NCBI GenBank assembly: GCA_026986775.1
Contig: JALSNX010000030.1
Coordinates: forward strand, 79,483-143,482
Length of the DNA stretch: 64,000 nucleotides
Direction of reading: 5' to 3'
Origin: a candidate division WOR-3 bacterium
Lineage (GTDB): Bacteria; Hydrothermota; Hydrothermia; UBA1063; CAJXJZ01
Position 1 is the first letter of the stretch, and each line of letters begins with the position of its first letter. This document shows positions 9,400-17,959 of this stretch, one piece after another. The position numbers and the translations under genes are program-made. A model generated the notes under the pieces. It was not told where the DNA came from, made no database searches, and saw only the letters and a program-made list of their open reading frames with translations.

Positions 9400-10884
9400 T
9401 CAGTGTGGCAACCATTTAATCCTGACCCAATCTACCTTTAAAGTTGAAGCAGATAGTTGATCAGCCCACTTCAAGAATGCAATCTTGACCTTTTTAATCC
9501 TCGCCGTGCTCGTTACAGATTTAGAAAAAACATCTCCAGTATTCACAAACAATGTATAGGTCTCCCCTGTTTTTCTTACACCAATAACACCACTGAAACT
9601 CTGAAAATCGTTACCTGTCCAGTCACTACTACCATCGGGGTAATCTATTTGAATATGTCCCTGCTGACTCGCACAACAACCACCACCAGAACTATCATAC
9701 CATTTAAACCGTATAATAGGGGTGCCGTTTTCATCAAGAAGGGATATATCAAGTATACCTTCTTCGTTGTTATCATTCGTGCCGGTGATAATATAGGCAC
9801 TTGCTTCAAAGTTATCTGTAAGAAGGTCTATGGTTGTGTCAAGGTCATGGATGATTTCTGGACCATGCCATCCAGAGCCTGGGCCATAACTCAGCGGATA
9901 TATGGTGCTGTTTGAATAACCTATGTGAGCATTAGTGGGAGTTCCAGGTCCGTAAGCCCAACCTGAGTCAAAAGGATTGCCGTTAAAGTGGTCAAAGATA
10001 ATCGGAGGTTGTTCCACAAACTTTGCTATAACTGACAGGTTGCTATTCATCGTAACTGTGCAATTTGGAGAAGACCCACTGCAGGCACCATCCCATCCAT
10101 TAAATAAATACCCTGCCTCTGGCGTTGCTGTTAACGTTACAGTCGTGCCTGATACATAATCCTCGGAACAGTCAAGCCCACAGGATATGCCCGGCGGGTC
10201 GCTTATAACAGTCCCTCTCCCTGTTTTTGAAACATTAAGGGTGTAGGTTGTTATCTGGGTATTTCTGAAGTTTGCTATAATGTGCTTATCAGTATTTGCC
10301 ACCACATAAGCAGTATCTCCATGAGTTTTGAATGTATCACCAGAAAATCCATCAAACATAACATTCTGGGATGTTGATTGTGCAATAATTTTAACTGTAT
10401 CACCTTCCTCATATTCACCTGCACAGTCAGAACCACAGGATATACCACCCGGGATACTGAAGACATACCCATCACTGGCACCACTGCCTGAACGCTGAAC
10501 AGTAATAGTATGAGTGTTTGAGTTACTATTGATAAAATACGCCACAATGTTGTAGTCCTGATTCATCGTAAGGGTAATCTCACTTTCACTTGACTGGATA
10601 TCTCCACCCCATGACACAAACCTTCCACCCCAACCTGCATAAGCGTTAAGGGTTACCTCTGCGCCCTTCTCAAAGTTAGCAGTATATGGGAGGTTAACAT
10701 CTGAGCCGTTTACCTTAACATATCCTTCACCTTCACCTGTTTTTTCTATATGAAGTGTATATTGGCTCTGGTTACCACCACCTCCATTATCACCCTCATC
10801 AGTATCAGTAGACTGTGTGCTACAGGAAAGGACAAGCAGCAGTATTGGTATTATGTGGTATAGTTTATTTTTTACACTTATCAT
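9400..10884 (-). CDS. Lipoprotein with three InlB B-repeat/Flg_new-like 'bacterial repeat' domains and a C-terminal beta-rich domain
   Basis: Lipobox LVLSC; repeats YTL.V...G.G.V...PGISCG.DC...GTTVTLTA.P..G..F.GW.G.C; AGGAGG 8 nt before ATG 10884. Confidence 0.8.
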   Translation of the reverse strand: MISVKNKLYHIIPILLLVLSCSTQSTDTDEGDNGGGGNQSQYTLHIEKTGEGEGYVKVNGSDVNLPYTANFEKGAEVTLNAYAGWGGRFVSWGGDIQSSESEITLTMNQDYNIVAYFINSNSNTHTITVQRSGSGASDGYVFSIPGGISCGSDCAGEYEEGDTVKIIAQSTSQNVMFDGFSGDTFKTHGDTAYVVANTDKHIIANFRNTQITTYTLNVSKTGRGTVISDPPGISCGLDCSEDYVSGTTVTLTATPEAGYLFNGWDGACSGSSPNCTVTMNSNLSVIAKFVEQPPIIFDHFNGNPFDSGWAYGPGTPTNAHIGYSNSTIYPLSYGPGSGWHGPEIIHDLDTTIDLLTDNFEASAYIITGTNDNNEEGILDISLLDENGTPIIRFKWYDSSGGGCCASQQGHIQIDYPDGSSDWTGNDFQSFSGVIGVRKTGETYTLFVNTGDVFSKSVTSTARIKKVKIAFLKWADQLSASTLKVDWVRIKWLPH

Positions 10885-10901
10885 ACCATACACCTCCTTT
10901 T

Positions 10902-11744
10902 TTATTTATTCTTAACACTCTCAAGATACTCTACCACGTCTTCATGCTCCATATCTCTGGCATAATCAAGAGGAGTTTTACCATCATTATCCTTCACATT
11001 CACCTCTGCTCCATTGGAGATTAAATACTTAACTACTTCTATGTGACCATTCTGGGCTGCATAATGTAGTGGGGTCTTACCATCGCCGTCTTTCACATTT
11101 AAATCTTCCCCTGTTGAATCAAGTAAATACTTGACTATGTCCAGATGTCCTTTTTCAGCTGCGAGGTGAAGAGGGGTATAAGTCGAGTCCACTTCATCAT
11201 TGTAAAATTTACCTCCGCGCTCAATGAAGTATTTCGCAATTTCAAAATTGCCATAATATATTGCATAATAGAGAGGAGTGGCGTTGTCATAATATTCACT
11301 CGTGCCTATAGCGTTTATATCGGCGCCATGGTCAAGGAGAACTTTTGCCACATCAATTTTTCCATACTTGGCTGCTACATGTAGAGGTGTTTGCCCTTCA
11401 ATATTCTCACTACCTATATTTGCTCCATTAATGATTAAATACTCTGCTATTTTTGGAAAACCATATTCAGCAGCCATGTGAAGAGGCGTGTTTCCCTGAC
11501 TATCCTCTATGTTGACATCAGCTCCAGAATTTATCAAGTATTTTACAACGTCTAAATTACCACCCATGACCGCATAATGAAGTAGTGACCATTCCCTCAT
11601 CATTGAAGTGTCTCTGGTATTTACATCCACCCCACTTTCCACAAGCCTTCTTACTTCCTCTATATTACCTTCTTTTGCTGCACTGAATATGTCTCCACTT
11701 ACCTGTGTTACAAGCAATATGTATCCAAGTATGGCTCCTATCAT
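10902..11744 (-). CDS. Ankyrin-repeat protein with signal peptide
   Basis: Consensus-like G.TPLH.AA..G...I.KYLI..GA.VN repeats (~7); AGGAGG SD. Confidence 0.92.
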   Translation of the reverse strand: MIGAILGYILLVTQVSGDIFSAAKEGNIEEVRRLVESGVDVNTRDTSMMREWSLLHYAVMGGNLDVVKYLINSGADVNIEDSQGNTPLHMAAEYGFPKIAEYLIINGANIGSENIEGQTPLHVAAKYGKIDVAKVLLDHGADINAIGTSEYYDNATPLYYAIYYGNFEIAKYFIERGGKFYNDEVDSTYTPLHLAAEKGHLDIVKYLLDSTGEDLNVKDGDGKTPLHYAAQNGHIEVVKYLISNGAEVNVKDNDGKTPLDYARDMEHEDVVEYLESVKNK

Positions 11745-11773
11745 ACTTTTACCTCCTTTTCATTTCTTCTATA

Positions 11774-11788
11774 ACAATTATTCTGCCA
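11774..11788 (-). promoter_or_regulatory. Probable sigma54 promoter (variant -12)
   Basis: CTGGCAGAATAATTGT: GG-N10-GT, 30 nt upstream of ATG 11744. Confidence 0.6.
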
Positions 11789-11878
11789 GTTAATCCTTGA
11801 AAGAAAGTAATCTATTGCATTACATGGTATTAAGAGGTTTAAATCTGTAGAGCAACTTTATTTAAGTTAACACAATCT

Positions 11879-11911
11879 TTTCATTATGAAATTTCAAATT
11901 TCATTTTGAAA
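11879..11911. promoter_or_regulatory. Tandem palindromic TTTCA-N3-TGAAA boxes (putative enhancer/UAS)
   Basis: TTTCATTATGAAA at 11879 and TTTCATTTTGAAA at 11899, 20-bp period. Confidence 0.65.
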
Positions 11912-11921
11912 GAGATGTCTC

Positions 11922-12476
11922 TTAAAAGAAATCCTGAGTTACATATATCTCACCATCTTCTGTAATAAACACGCCTATCCCTTCTTTTTCAAAATTGGCA
12001 TTCAGAATATTTTTCCTGTGGCCCTTGCTGTGCATCCATCCTTCTATGATTTCACTGGCAATGGCTTCAGTGGTTTTATATATGTATGTTCTTTTGTCCG
12101 AGGGGTATACATAATAATGGCTGAATGTGTAAGTTTTAAATATGTTTTCTCCCAGACCAATTAAAATATACCCGTTTTTACTTCTTTCTATTTTGTAGTG
12201 ATGTCTGAGAGCTCTCTCATCAGGACCTTCTCCTTTTTTGTTTATATGGGAAAAGTAATTGTTTCTGGCCATGTCTTCGCTGTGCTCTCGCGCAATTTTT
12301 GCAAGTTTTTTGTCCCACTTTAACGGTTTTAGCCCTCTTTTTTTTCTCTCCCTGTTTACGAGAAGGTGAATCTTTTTTTCAAGATATGTGCTTAAAGGGA
12401 TATTCTTTTTGGAAGATAGAGCAGATATGCACGATTCAAGTAGAATGAGTATTGCTATGAGATAAATCTTCTTCAC
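11922..12476 (-). CDS. CAP/SCP-domain protein, possible lipoprotein
   Basis: LVNRER..GLKPL.WD..L..IAR.HS.DMA...YFSH, GENI, GWMHSKGHRKNIL, GIGV, YVTQDF. Confidence 0.9.
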   Translation of the reverse strand: MKKIYLIAILILLESCISALSSKKNIPLSTYLEKKIHLLVNRERKKRGLKPLKWDKKLAKIAREHSEDMARNNYFSHINKKGEGPDERALRHHYKIERSKNGYILIGLGENIFKTYTFSHYYVYPSDKRTYIYKTTEAIASEIIEGWMHSKGHRKNILNANFEKEGIGVFITEDGEIYVTQDFF

Positions 12477-12547
12477 TATGAATTACCTCCTTTACCTGTT
12501 ATATATCAATTTTTCTGCCATATATATTTTCCTCTTCAATCTTCCTG

Positions 12548-12576
12548 TTGACAGAATATTCCTTATTATGTATATT
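12548..12576 (+). promoter_or_regulatory. sigma70 promoter of the valS operon
   Basis: TTGACA-17-TATATT followed by AAGGAGG SD. Confidence 0.7.
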
Positions 12577-12608
12577 ATTGACCTGACATATATTAAAGGA
12601 GGCTTGTA

Positions 12609-12977
12609 ATGGGATTTACTTTTGAAGATATTATGGGAATATGGGCTCAGGTTACTGACTTCCCTGACGGATGGCAGGACCATATAGAAGAACTTCTTTT
12701 CAGAATCAATGAACTTAAGGACCAGGAAGAGTATTCCGGTTACAGAGAGAAGATTGATGAACTTCAAAATGAGGTCATTTCCTTAAAAAAGGATATTCTT
12801 GACACTGTTAATGATGCTCTGGAAGGGGCATTATCGCAGGACGATATTGAAAGCCTCTTCAGAGAATACGGTGATATGCTGTCTGAACTTGAACAGAAGG
12901 TCATAGAACTTGAACTTGAACCAGAAGAGGAGGATGAATCTTATTTCTGGGGCGATGAAGAAGAGGAGGAATTTTAA
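12609..12977 (+). CDS. Small acidic helical hypothetical protein
   Basis: Strong SD, co-oriented 5 nt upstream of valS, Glu/Asp-rich tail. Confidence 0.75.
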   Translation: MGFTFEDIMGIWAQVTDFPDGWQDHIEELLFRINELKDQEEYSGYREKIDELQNEVISLKKDILDTVNDALEGALSQDDIESLFREYGDMLSELEQKVIELELEPEEEDESYFWGDEEEEEF

Positions 12978-12982
12978 GGATT

Positions 12983-15610
12983 ATGGAACTTGAAAAAACC
13001 TATAATTTTAAAGAAGTAGAGGAGAGGATTTATAAGAAATGGGAGGAGGGTGGATATTTTAAAGCGAACCCGAAAAGCAATAAGAAGCCTTATACAATAA
13101 TGATGCCACCTCCCAATGTTACGGGGATTATTCACATGGGACATGTGCTGGATAACACTATACAGGATATTCTCACACGCACAAAGAGAATGCAGGGGTA
13201 TGAAGTCTTATGGCAACCCGGAATTGACCATGCTGGTATTGCTACTCAAAATGTGGTAGAAAAACAACTTGCAAAGGAAGGTAAAACGAGATTTGATGTT
13301 GGGAGGGAGGAGTTTGTAAAAAGAGTATGGGAGTGGAAGGAAAAATACGGGGGCATCATCTTAAAGCAATTGAGGAAATTGGGTGTTTCCTGTGACTGGT
13401 CAAGGACGAAGTTTACCCTTGACCCTGACATGTCAAGGGCCGTTCTTACTGCTTTTAAAATACTCTACGATGAGGGTCTTATTTATAAAGGTAAGAGGAT
13501 TATCAACTGGTGTCCAAGATGTGGTACAGCCCTTGCAGATGATGAAGTGGAATATGTGGAGGAAAAGAGCCACCTCTGGTATATAAAATATCCCCTTGTA
13601 GATAAAGATGGCTTCATTGTTGTGGCTACAACAAGACCTGAGACCTATCTGGGTGATACTGCAGTTGCCGTGAATCCCCATGACGAGCGGTATAAGCACC
13701 TTGTTGGTAAAAAGGTAAGACTTCCTCTCGTTGACTGGGACAGAGAAGGTGTGCCTCCTGAAATTCCTATAATTGCAGACGAGCATGTGGATATGGAATT
13801 CGGAACCGGGGCTGTGAAGGTAACACCTGCCCATGACCCCAATGACTTTGAAATCGGGGAGAGGCACAATCTTCCAAAGGTCGTTGTTATGGACGAAGAT
13901 GCCAGAATGAATGAAAATGCAGGGCCATATAAGGGCCTTGACAGATATGAAGCAAGGAAGAAAATAGTTCAAGACCTCAAGAATGCTGGTTTTCTTGAGA
14001 AGATTGAAGACCATACCCACTCGGTAGGAACATGTTACAGGTGTCATACAGTAATTGAGCCCTATCTTTCCTCCCAGTGGTTTGTGAAGATGAAGCCACT
14101 GGCTGAACCGGCTATAAAAGGGGTAGAGGAAGGGGATATTAAACTCATTCCTGATTATGCCAACAAGATTTACTTTCACTGGCTCCGCAACGTGAGGGAC
14201 TGGTGTATTTCAAGGCAGATATGGTGGGGACACAGGATACCTGTTTATACTTGTAAGGATTGCGGACATGTTGAGGTATCGGTTGATAAGGTGGAAAAAT
14301 GTCCCAAATGTGGCTCTACGAACATAAAACAGGATGAAGATGTCCTTGATACATGGTTCTCCTCATGGCTCTGGCCTCTTTCAACACTTGGATGGCCCAA
14401 AGAGACGGATTTCTTAAAGAAGTTTTATCCAACAGATGTACTCGTTACGGGATGGGATATTCTGTTTTTCTGGGTTGCCCGTATGATAATGGCAGGCTAT
14501 CACTTTAAGAAAAAAGAGCCGTTTAAAACCGTTTATCTTCACGGCATCGTAAGAGATGAAAAGAGGAGAAAATTCTCAAAGTCACTCGGTAATTCACCGG
14601 ACCCGCTTGAACTGATTGAAAAATATGGGGCTGATGGTGTTAGAATGGGTATGATGCTCATTACACCTGAGGGTCAGGATATTATCTTCTCATCTGACAG
14701 AATGGAGGTTGGAAGGAACTTTGCCAATAAAGTCTGGAATGCTGCAAGATATGTGCTTATGAATACGGAAAATGTGAATCTCAAAAGGTTTGTGGACATA
14801 AAGGATGAGCTGGAAATAGAGGATAAATGGATTCTCACAGAACTTTCTGATACGGTAAAGAGGGTTTCAGAGGGAATAGAGAACTTTGACTTTAACGGTG
14901 CTGCATGGACATTATATAACTTCTTCTGGAAAAAATACTGCGATTTTTATCTTGAAATTATAAAGGGAAGACGTGATAAGGATGTAGCCCTTACAGTGGC
15001 AGTATTTGTTCTTGATGTATTTTTGAGATTGCTTCATCCTTTTATGCCGTTCATTACTGAGGAACTTTATTCCTATCTTCCGTCAGAAAATAAGGAGGAG
15101 GCTATAATAATTGCTCCATGGCCTGATTTTTCAGAAAAATACGAGGAAGATGCACTTTTAATGAAGAAGATAATAAGGGTAATTGAATCTATGAGAGAAA
15201 TACGGGGTGAGTTTGGCCTAAATAAAAAAGAGATTGTTTTTCTTGAATACATAAATGATGAGATAACAAACGTTCTGGATAAAAAGCCTTACATGCGGAA
15301 ATTGGGTCTGTTTGAGATGATAAAAGACAGTGTGGAGGAAGGTCTTTTCAGTACAGTATTTTACCTTGATGGCAGGGAGTACAGAGTTTATCTTCCTCAG
15401 GTTGATATAGAAAAAGAAATTCGTAAAACAGAGAAGGAAATAGCGAGCCTGAAACTACTTATAAAGCGTCAGGAAGCGAAGTTGCAAAATGAGAACTTTT
15501 TGAAGAAGGCTCCATCCGAGGTGGTGGAAAAGGAAAAGAAAAAATACGAAGATTTTAAAAATAAACTTGATGGCCTTTTGAAACACCTTGAGAGGTTACA
15601 AAATGGATGA
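12983..15610 (+). CDS. valS: Valine--tRNA ligase
   Basis: PPPNVTG..HMGH, DHAGIATQ, WCISRQ.WWGH, DTWFSS, KFSKS (KMSKS variant), C-terminal coiled coil. Confidence 0.97.
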   Translation: MELEKTYNFKEVEERIYKKWEEGGYFKANPKSNKKPYTIMMPPPNVTGIIHMGHVLDNTIQDILTRTKRMQGYEVLWQPGIDHAGIATQNVVEKQLAKEGKTRFDVGREEFVKRVWEWKEKYGGIILKQLRKLGVSCDWSRTKFTLDPDMSRAVLTAFKILYDEGLIYKGKRIINWCPRCGTALADDEVEYVEEKSHLWYIKYPLVDKDGFIVVATTRPETYLGDTAVAVNPHDERYKHLVGKKVRLPLVDWDREGVPPEIPIIADEHVDMEFGTGAVKVTPAHDPNDFEIGERHNLPKVVVMDEDARMNENAGPYKGLDRYEARKKIVQDLKNAGFLEKIEDHTHSVGTCYRCHTVIEPYLSSQWFVKMKPLAEPAIKGVEEGDIKLIPDYANKIYFHWLRNVRDWCISRQIWWGHRIPVYTCKDCGHVEVSVDKVEKCPKCGSTNIKQDEDVLDTWFSSWLWPLSTLGWPKETDFLKKFYPTDVLVTGWDILFFWVARMIMAGYHFKKKEPFKTVYLHGIVRDEKRRKFSKSLGNSPDPLELIEKYGADGVRMGMMLITPEGQDIIFSSDRMEVGRNFANKVWNAARYVLMNTENVNLKRFVDIKDELEIEDKWILTELSDTVKRVSEGIENFDFNGAAWTLYNFFWKKYCDFYLEIIKGRRDKDVALTVAVFVLDVFLRLLHPFMPFITEELYSYLPSENKEEAIIIAPWPDFSEKYEEDALLMKKIIRVIESMREIRGEFGLNKKEIVFLEYINDEITNVLDKKPYMRKLGLFEMIKDSVEEGLFSTVFYLDGREYRVYLPQVDIEKEIRKTEKEIASLKLLIKRQEAKLQNENFLKKAPSEVVEKEKKKYEDFKNKLDGLLKHLERLQNG

Positions 15611-17045
15611 AATATTTAATCTTGGACTTACTGAAATACATGAAAAACTGAAAAAAAAGGAATTAAATGTAAAAGACCTTGCTCTATATGTTCTGGAAAA
15701 TATCAGACGAAAGGAAGAAGAGATTAATGCCTTTATAACAGTTAAGGATGACGATGAGATTATAAGTGAGGCAGAGAAGTTTGATGCACAATTTCCTGAT
15801 TATCTTAAGTCAGTAATTTCGGGTATTCCGGTGGCTATAAAGGACAATATTTCTGTAAAGGATATGCTTCTTACATGTGCATCAAGGATTTTGCTTGGAT
15901 ACAAGGCACCTTATGATGCAACAGCAATAAAAAGGTTAAAAGAGCAGAATGCACTTATAATCGGAAAAACCAATCTTGATGAATTTGCCATGGGAGCCAC
16001 TGGTGAATACTCTTATTTTGGAGCCACCAGAAATCCGCTTAATCTAAAACATGTCCCCGGTGGGTCTTCCAGTGGCTCTGCAGCATCAGTTAAGGCAGGT
16101 TTTGCCTTTTATGCCCTTGGTTCTGATACTGGAGGCTCTGTAAGGCTTCCTGCTTTTTATACCGGAACTGTGGGATTTAAGCCCACTTATGGCAGGATTT
16201 CACGCTATGGCCTTGTTGCCTTTGCTTCTTCTTTAGACCAGATAGGCATTATAAGTCGTTCTGTGGAGGATGCAGAACTTATTTTTGAACATATCTCAGG
16301 TTTTGATGAGAAAGATTCCACATCTTACCCGTTGGGGGCATACAGTTCTGAGGAGAGTAAAAATATAAACCCGAAGTCTTTAAAAATAGGTGTTCCTTTT
16401 GGCCTTATTGATAGAGTAAAAGAACAGGAAATAAAAGATAGTATACTGGATGTTGTGGAAAGGTTTAAAAATGATGGTTTTTCAGTTCAGGAAATTGAAC
16501 TTCCACATGCTGAATATGCAGTTTATGTGTATCAGGTTGTTGCCACTTCGGAAGCATCAAGCAATCTCTCAAGGTATGATGGTGTAAGATACGGCCTCAG
16601 ACTGGAAGGCGATGACCTCATGGAAACATATTTAAATACACGTGGAGAGGGTTTTGGAGATGAGGTGAAAAGAAGGATACTTCTTGGAACGTTTGCTTTA
16701 TCAAGTGGTTACTACGATGAGTACTATGCACATGCTCAGAAAGTAAGGAGACTCATAAAAAATGATCTTGATAAGATTTTTGAGGGGCTTGATGCAATTA
16801 TTCTTCCAACAGCACCCGAATTTCCTCCAGAACTGGGTGAAGGCATAAAAGACCCCATATCCCTGTATCTTCTTGATATGTTTACGACTCTTGCAAATCT
16901 GGCAGGAATACCGGCTATCTCTATTCCGTTAAAGCAAAGGTCAAAAAATGGATTTGCGCTGGGGTTTCAGATAATGACACAGGCATTTAGAGAAGATAAA
17001 TTATTTGCCCTTTCACAGTTTTTTGAAAAACAACTGGATGGCTGA
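15603..17045 (+). CDS. gatA: Asp/Glu-tRNA amidotransferase subunit A
   Basis: AIKDN, GKTNLDEFAMG, PGGSSSGS, GSDTGGSVR, SNLSRYDGVRYG, EVKRRI.LG; ATG 15603 overlaps the valS end. Confidence 0.95.
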   Translation: MDEIFNLGLTEIHEKLKKKELNVKDLALYVLENIRRKEEEINAFITVKDDDEIISEAEKFDAQFPDYLKSVISGIPVAIKDNISVKDMLLTCASRILLGYKAPYDATAIKRLKEQNALIIGKTNLDEFAMGATGEYSYFGATRNPLNLKHVPGGSSSGSAASVKAGFAFYALGSDTGGSVRLPAFYTGTVGFKPTYGRISRYGLVAFASSLDQIGIISRSVEDAELIFEHISGFDEKDSTSYPLGAYSSEESKNINPKSLKIGVPFGLIDRVKEQEIKDSILDVVERFKNDGFSVQEIELPHAEYAVYVYQVVATSEASSNLSRYDGVRYGLRLEGDDLMETYLNTRGEGFGDEVKRRILLGTFALSSGYYDEYYAHAQKVRRLIKNDLDKIFEGLDAIILPTAPEFPPELGEGIKDPISLYLLDMFTTLANLAGIPAISIPLKQRSKNGFALGFQIMTQAFREDKLFALSQFFEKQLDG

Positions 17046-17766
17046 TAAAGACAGGGTCCATGGCTCCATTGAGGTACTGAAAAAGGTTTATTCCCTTTAT
17101 AAGCAAAAAAAACTGACATTAGAGGAACTCTTTGACATTATAAAGAGAGATTATCCATCTTTTGCCGTGCTTTTTTCTTTATACGAGTTTTTACAGGAAG
17201 GCCATGGTGATATTTCTCTTTTCCTTGAGAGAATGGAAGAAAATAAATTAAGGGTTGAGAGGAAAACACTTGAATACATTGATGGTTTTTCCACTGTTTT
17301 TACCTATTCAAGGAGTTCTCAGGTCCGTGATGTGCTTATGAAAAAAAGAAAACTTGAGAGGGTGTTTATTACAGAAGGAAGGCCCCATAACGAGGGTGTT
17401 GTGCTTGCCAAAGAACTTGCAGAGAATGGCATTAGTGTCACTCTCGGCATTGATGCAGCTATGGGGGAATTTATTAGAAAGAGTGATTGTGTGCTTTTAG
17501 GGTCTGATGCTGTGTTTGATGAGTATTTTGTCAATAAAATAGGAACCTCTCTTGTTCTGCAAATTGCTGAAGTTTACAATAAACCCGTATTTATTATGGC
17601 CCTTCCTGAGAAAAGAGTTAAGAAAGAGTTTGAAAAGTATTATAAGATTCTTGATGAACCTCCCACTGAAGTTACAGAACTATCAGAGGAATATCACAAT
17701 ATATCAGTTTTTAACAGGTACTTTGAGAAGGTTTATCTTATAAGTAACAGAACTCTTATTATTTAA
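17038..17766 (+). CDS. IF-2B family (eIF2B alpha/beta/delta-like) protein
   Basis: TYSRSS.V, EGRP..EG, GSDAV, NKIGT, NRYFE; ATG 17038 overlaps the gatA stop. Confidence 0.8.
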   Translation: MADKDRVHGSIEVLKKVYSLYKQKKLTLEELFDIIKRDYPSFAVLFSLYEFLQEGHGDISLFLERMEENKLRVERKTLEYIDGFSTVFTYSRSSQVRDVLMKKRKLERVFITEGRPHNEGVVLAKELAENGISVTLGIDAAMGEFIRKSDCVLLGSDAVFDEYFVNKIGTSLVLQIAEVYNKPVFIMALPEKRVKKEFEKYYKILDEPPTEVTELSEEYHNISVFNRYFEKVYLISNRTLII

Positions 17767-17866
17767 CTGTGACATGTCACAGTTGGTGTGACTTTCCCGT
17801 CACTGTGCTAAATTAAGGCAGCATATATAATTTACTATCATAAGTGTGACATCAAAGGTGTGACAT
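17765..17866. promoter_or_regulatory. TGTGACA motif array (putative bEBP upstream activating sequence)
   Basis: Perfect 20-bp palindrome AACTGTGACATGTCACAGTT (17765-17784), TGTGAC-N6-GTCAC (17787-17803), direct GTGTGACAT at 17844 and 17858. Confidence 0.7.
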
Positions 17867-17914
17867 TCTGACCTTTCTGAACCCTTTCTTTGGTAATATC
17901 ACCATAACTCAAAA

Positions 17915-17929
17915 TGGCACTTAAATTGC
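17915..17929 (+). promoter_or_regulatory. sigma54 (-24/-12) promoter
   Basis: TGGCACTTAAATTGC, near-consensus GG-N10-GC, 30 nt before ATG 17960. Confidence 0.85.
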
Positions 17930-17959
17930 CAATAAATACCATGGAGAAAGGGGGGATTT

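Noticed and set aside
12492-12767. 91-aa minus-strand ORF
   Set aside because: Antisense to the SD- and promoter-supported 12609 gene
14569-14586. KFSKS instead of KMSKS in ValRS as a sign of inactivation
   Set aside because: Conservative variant; all other motifs and the length are intact
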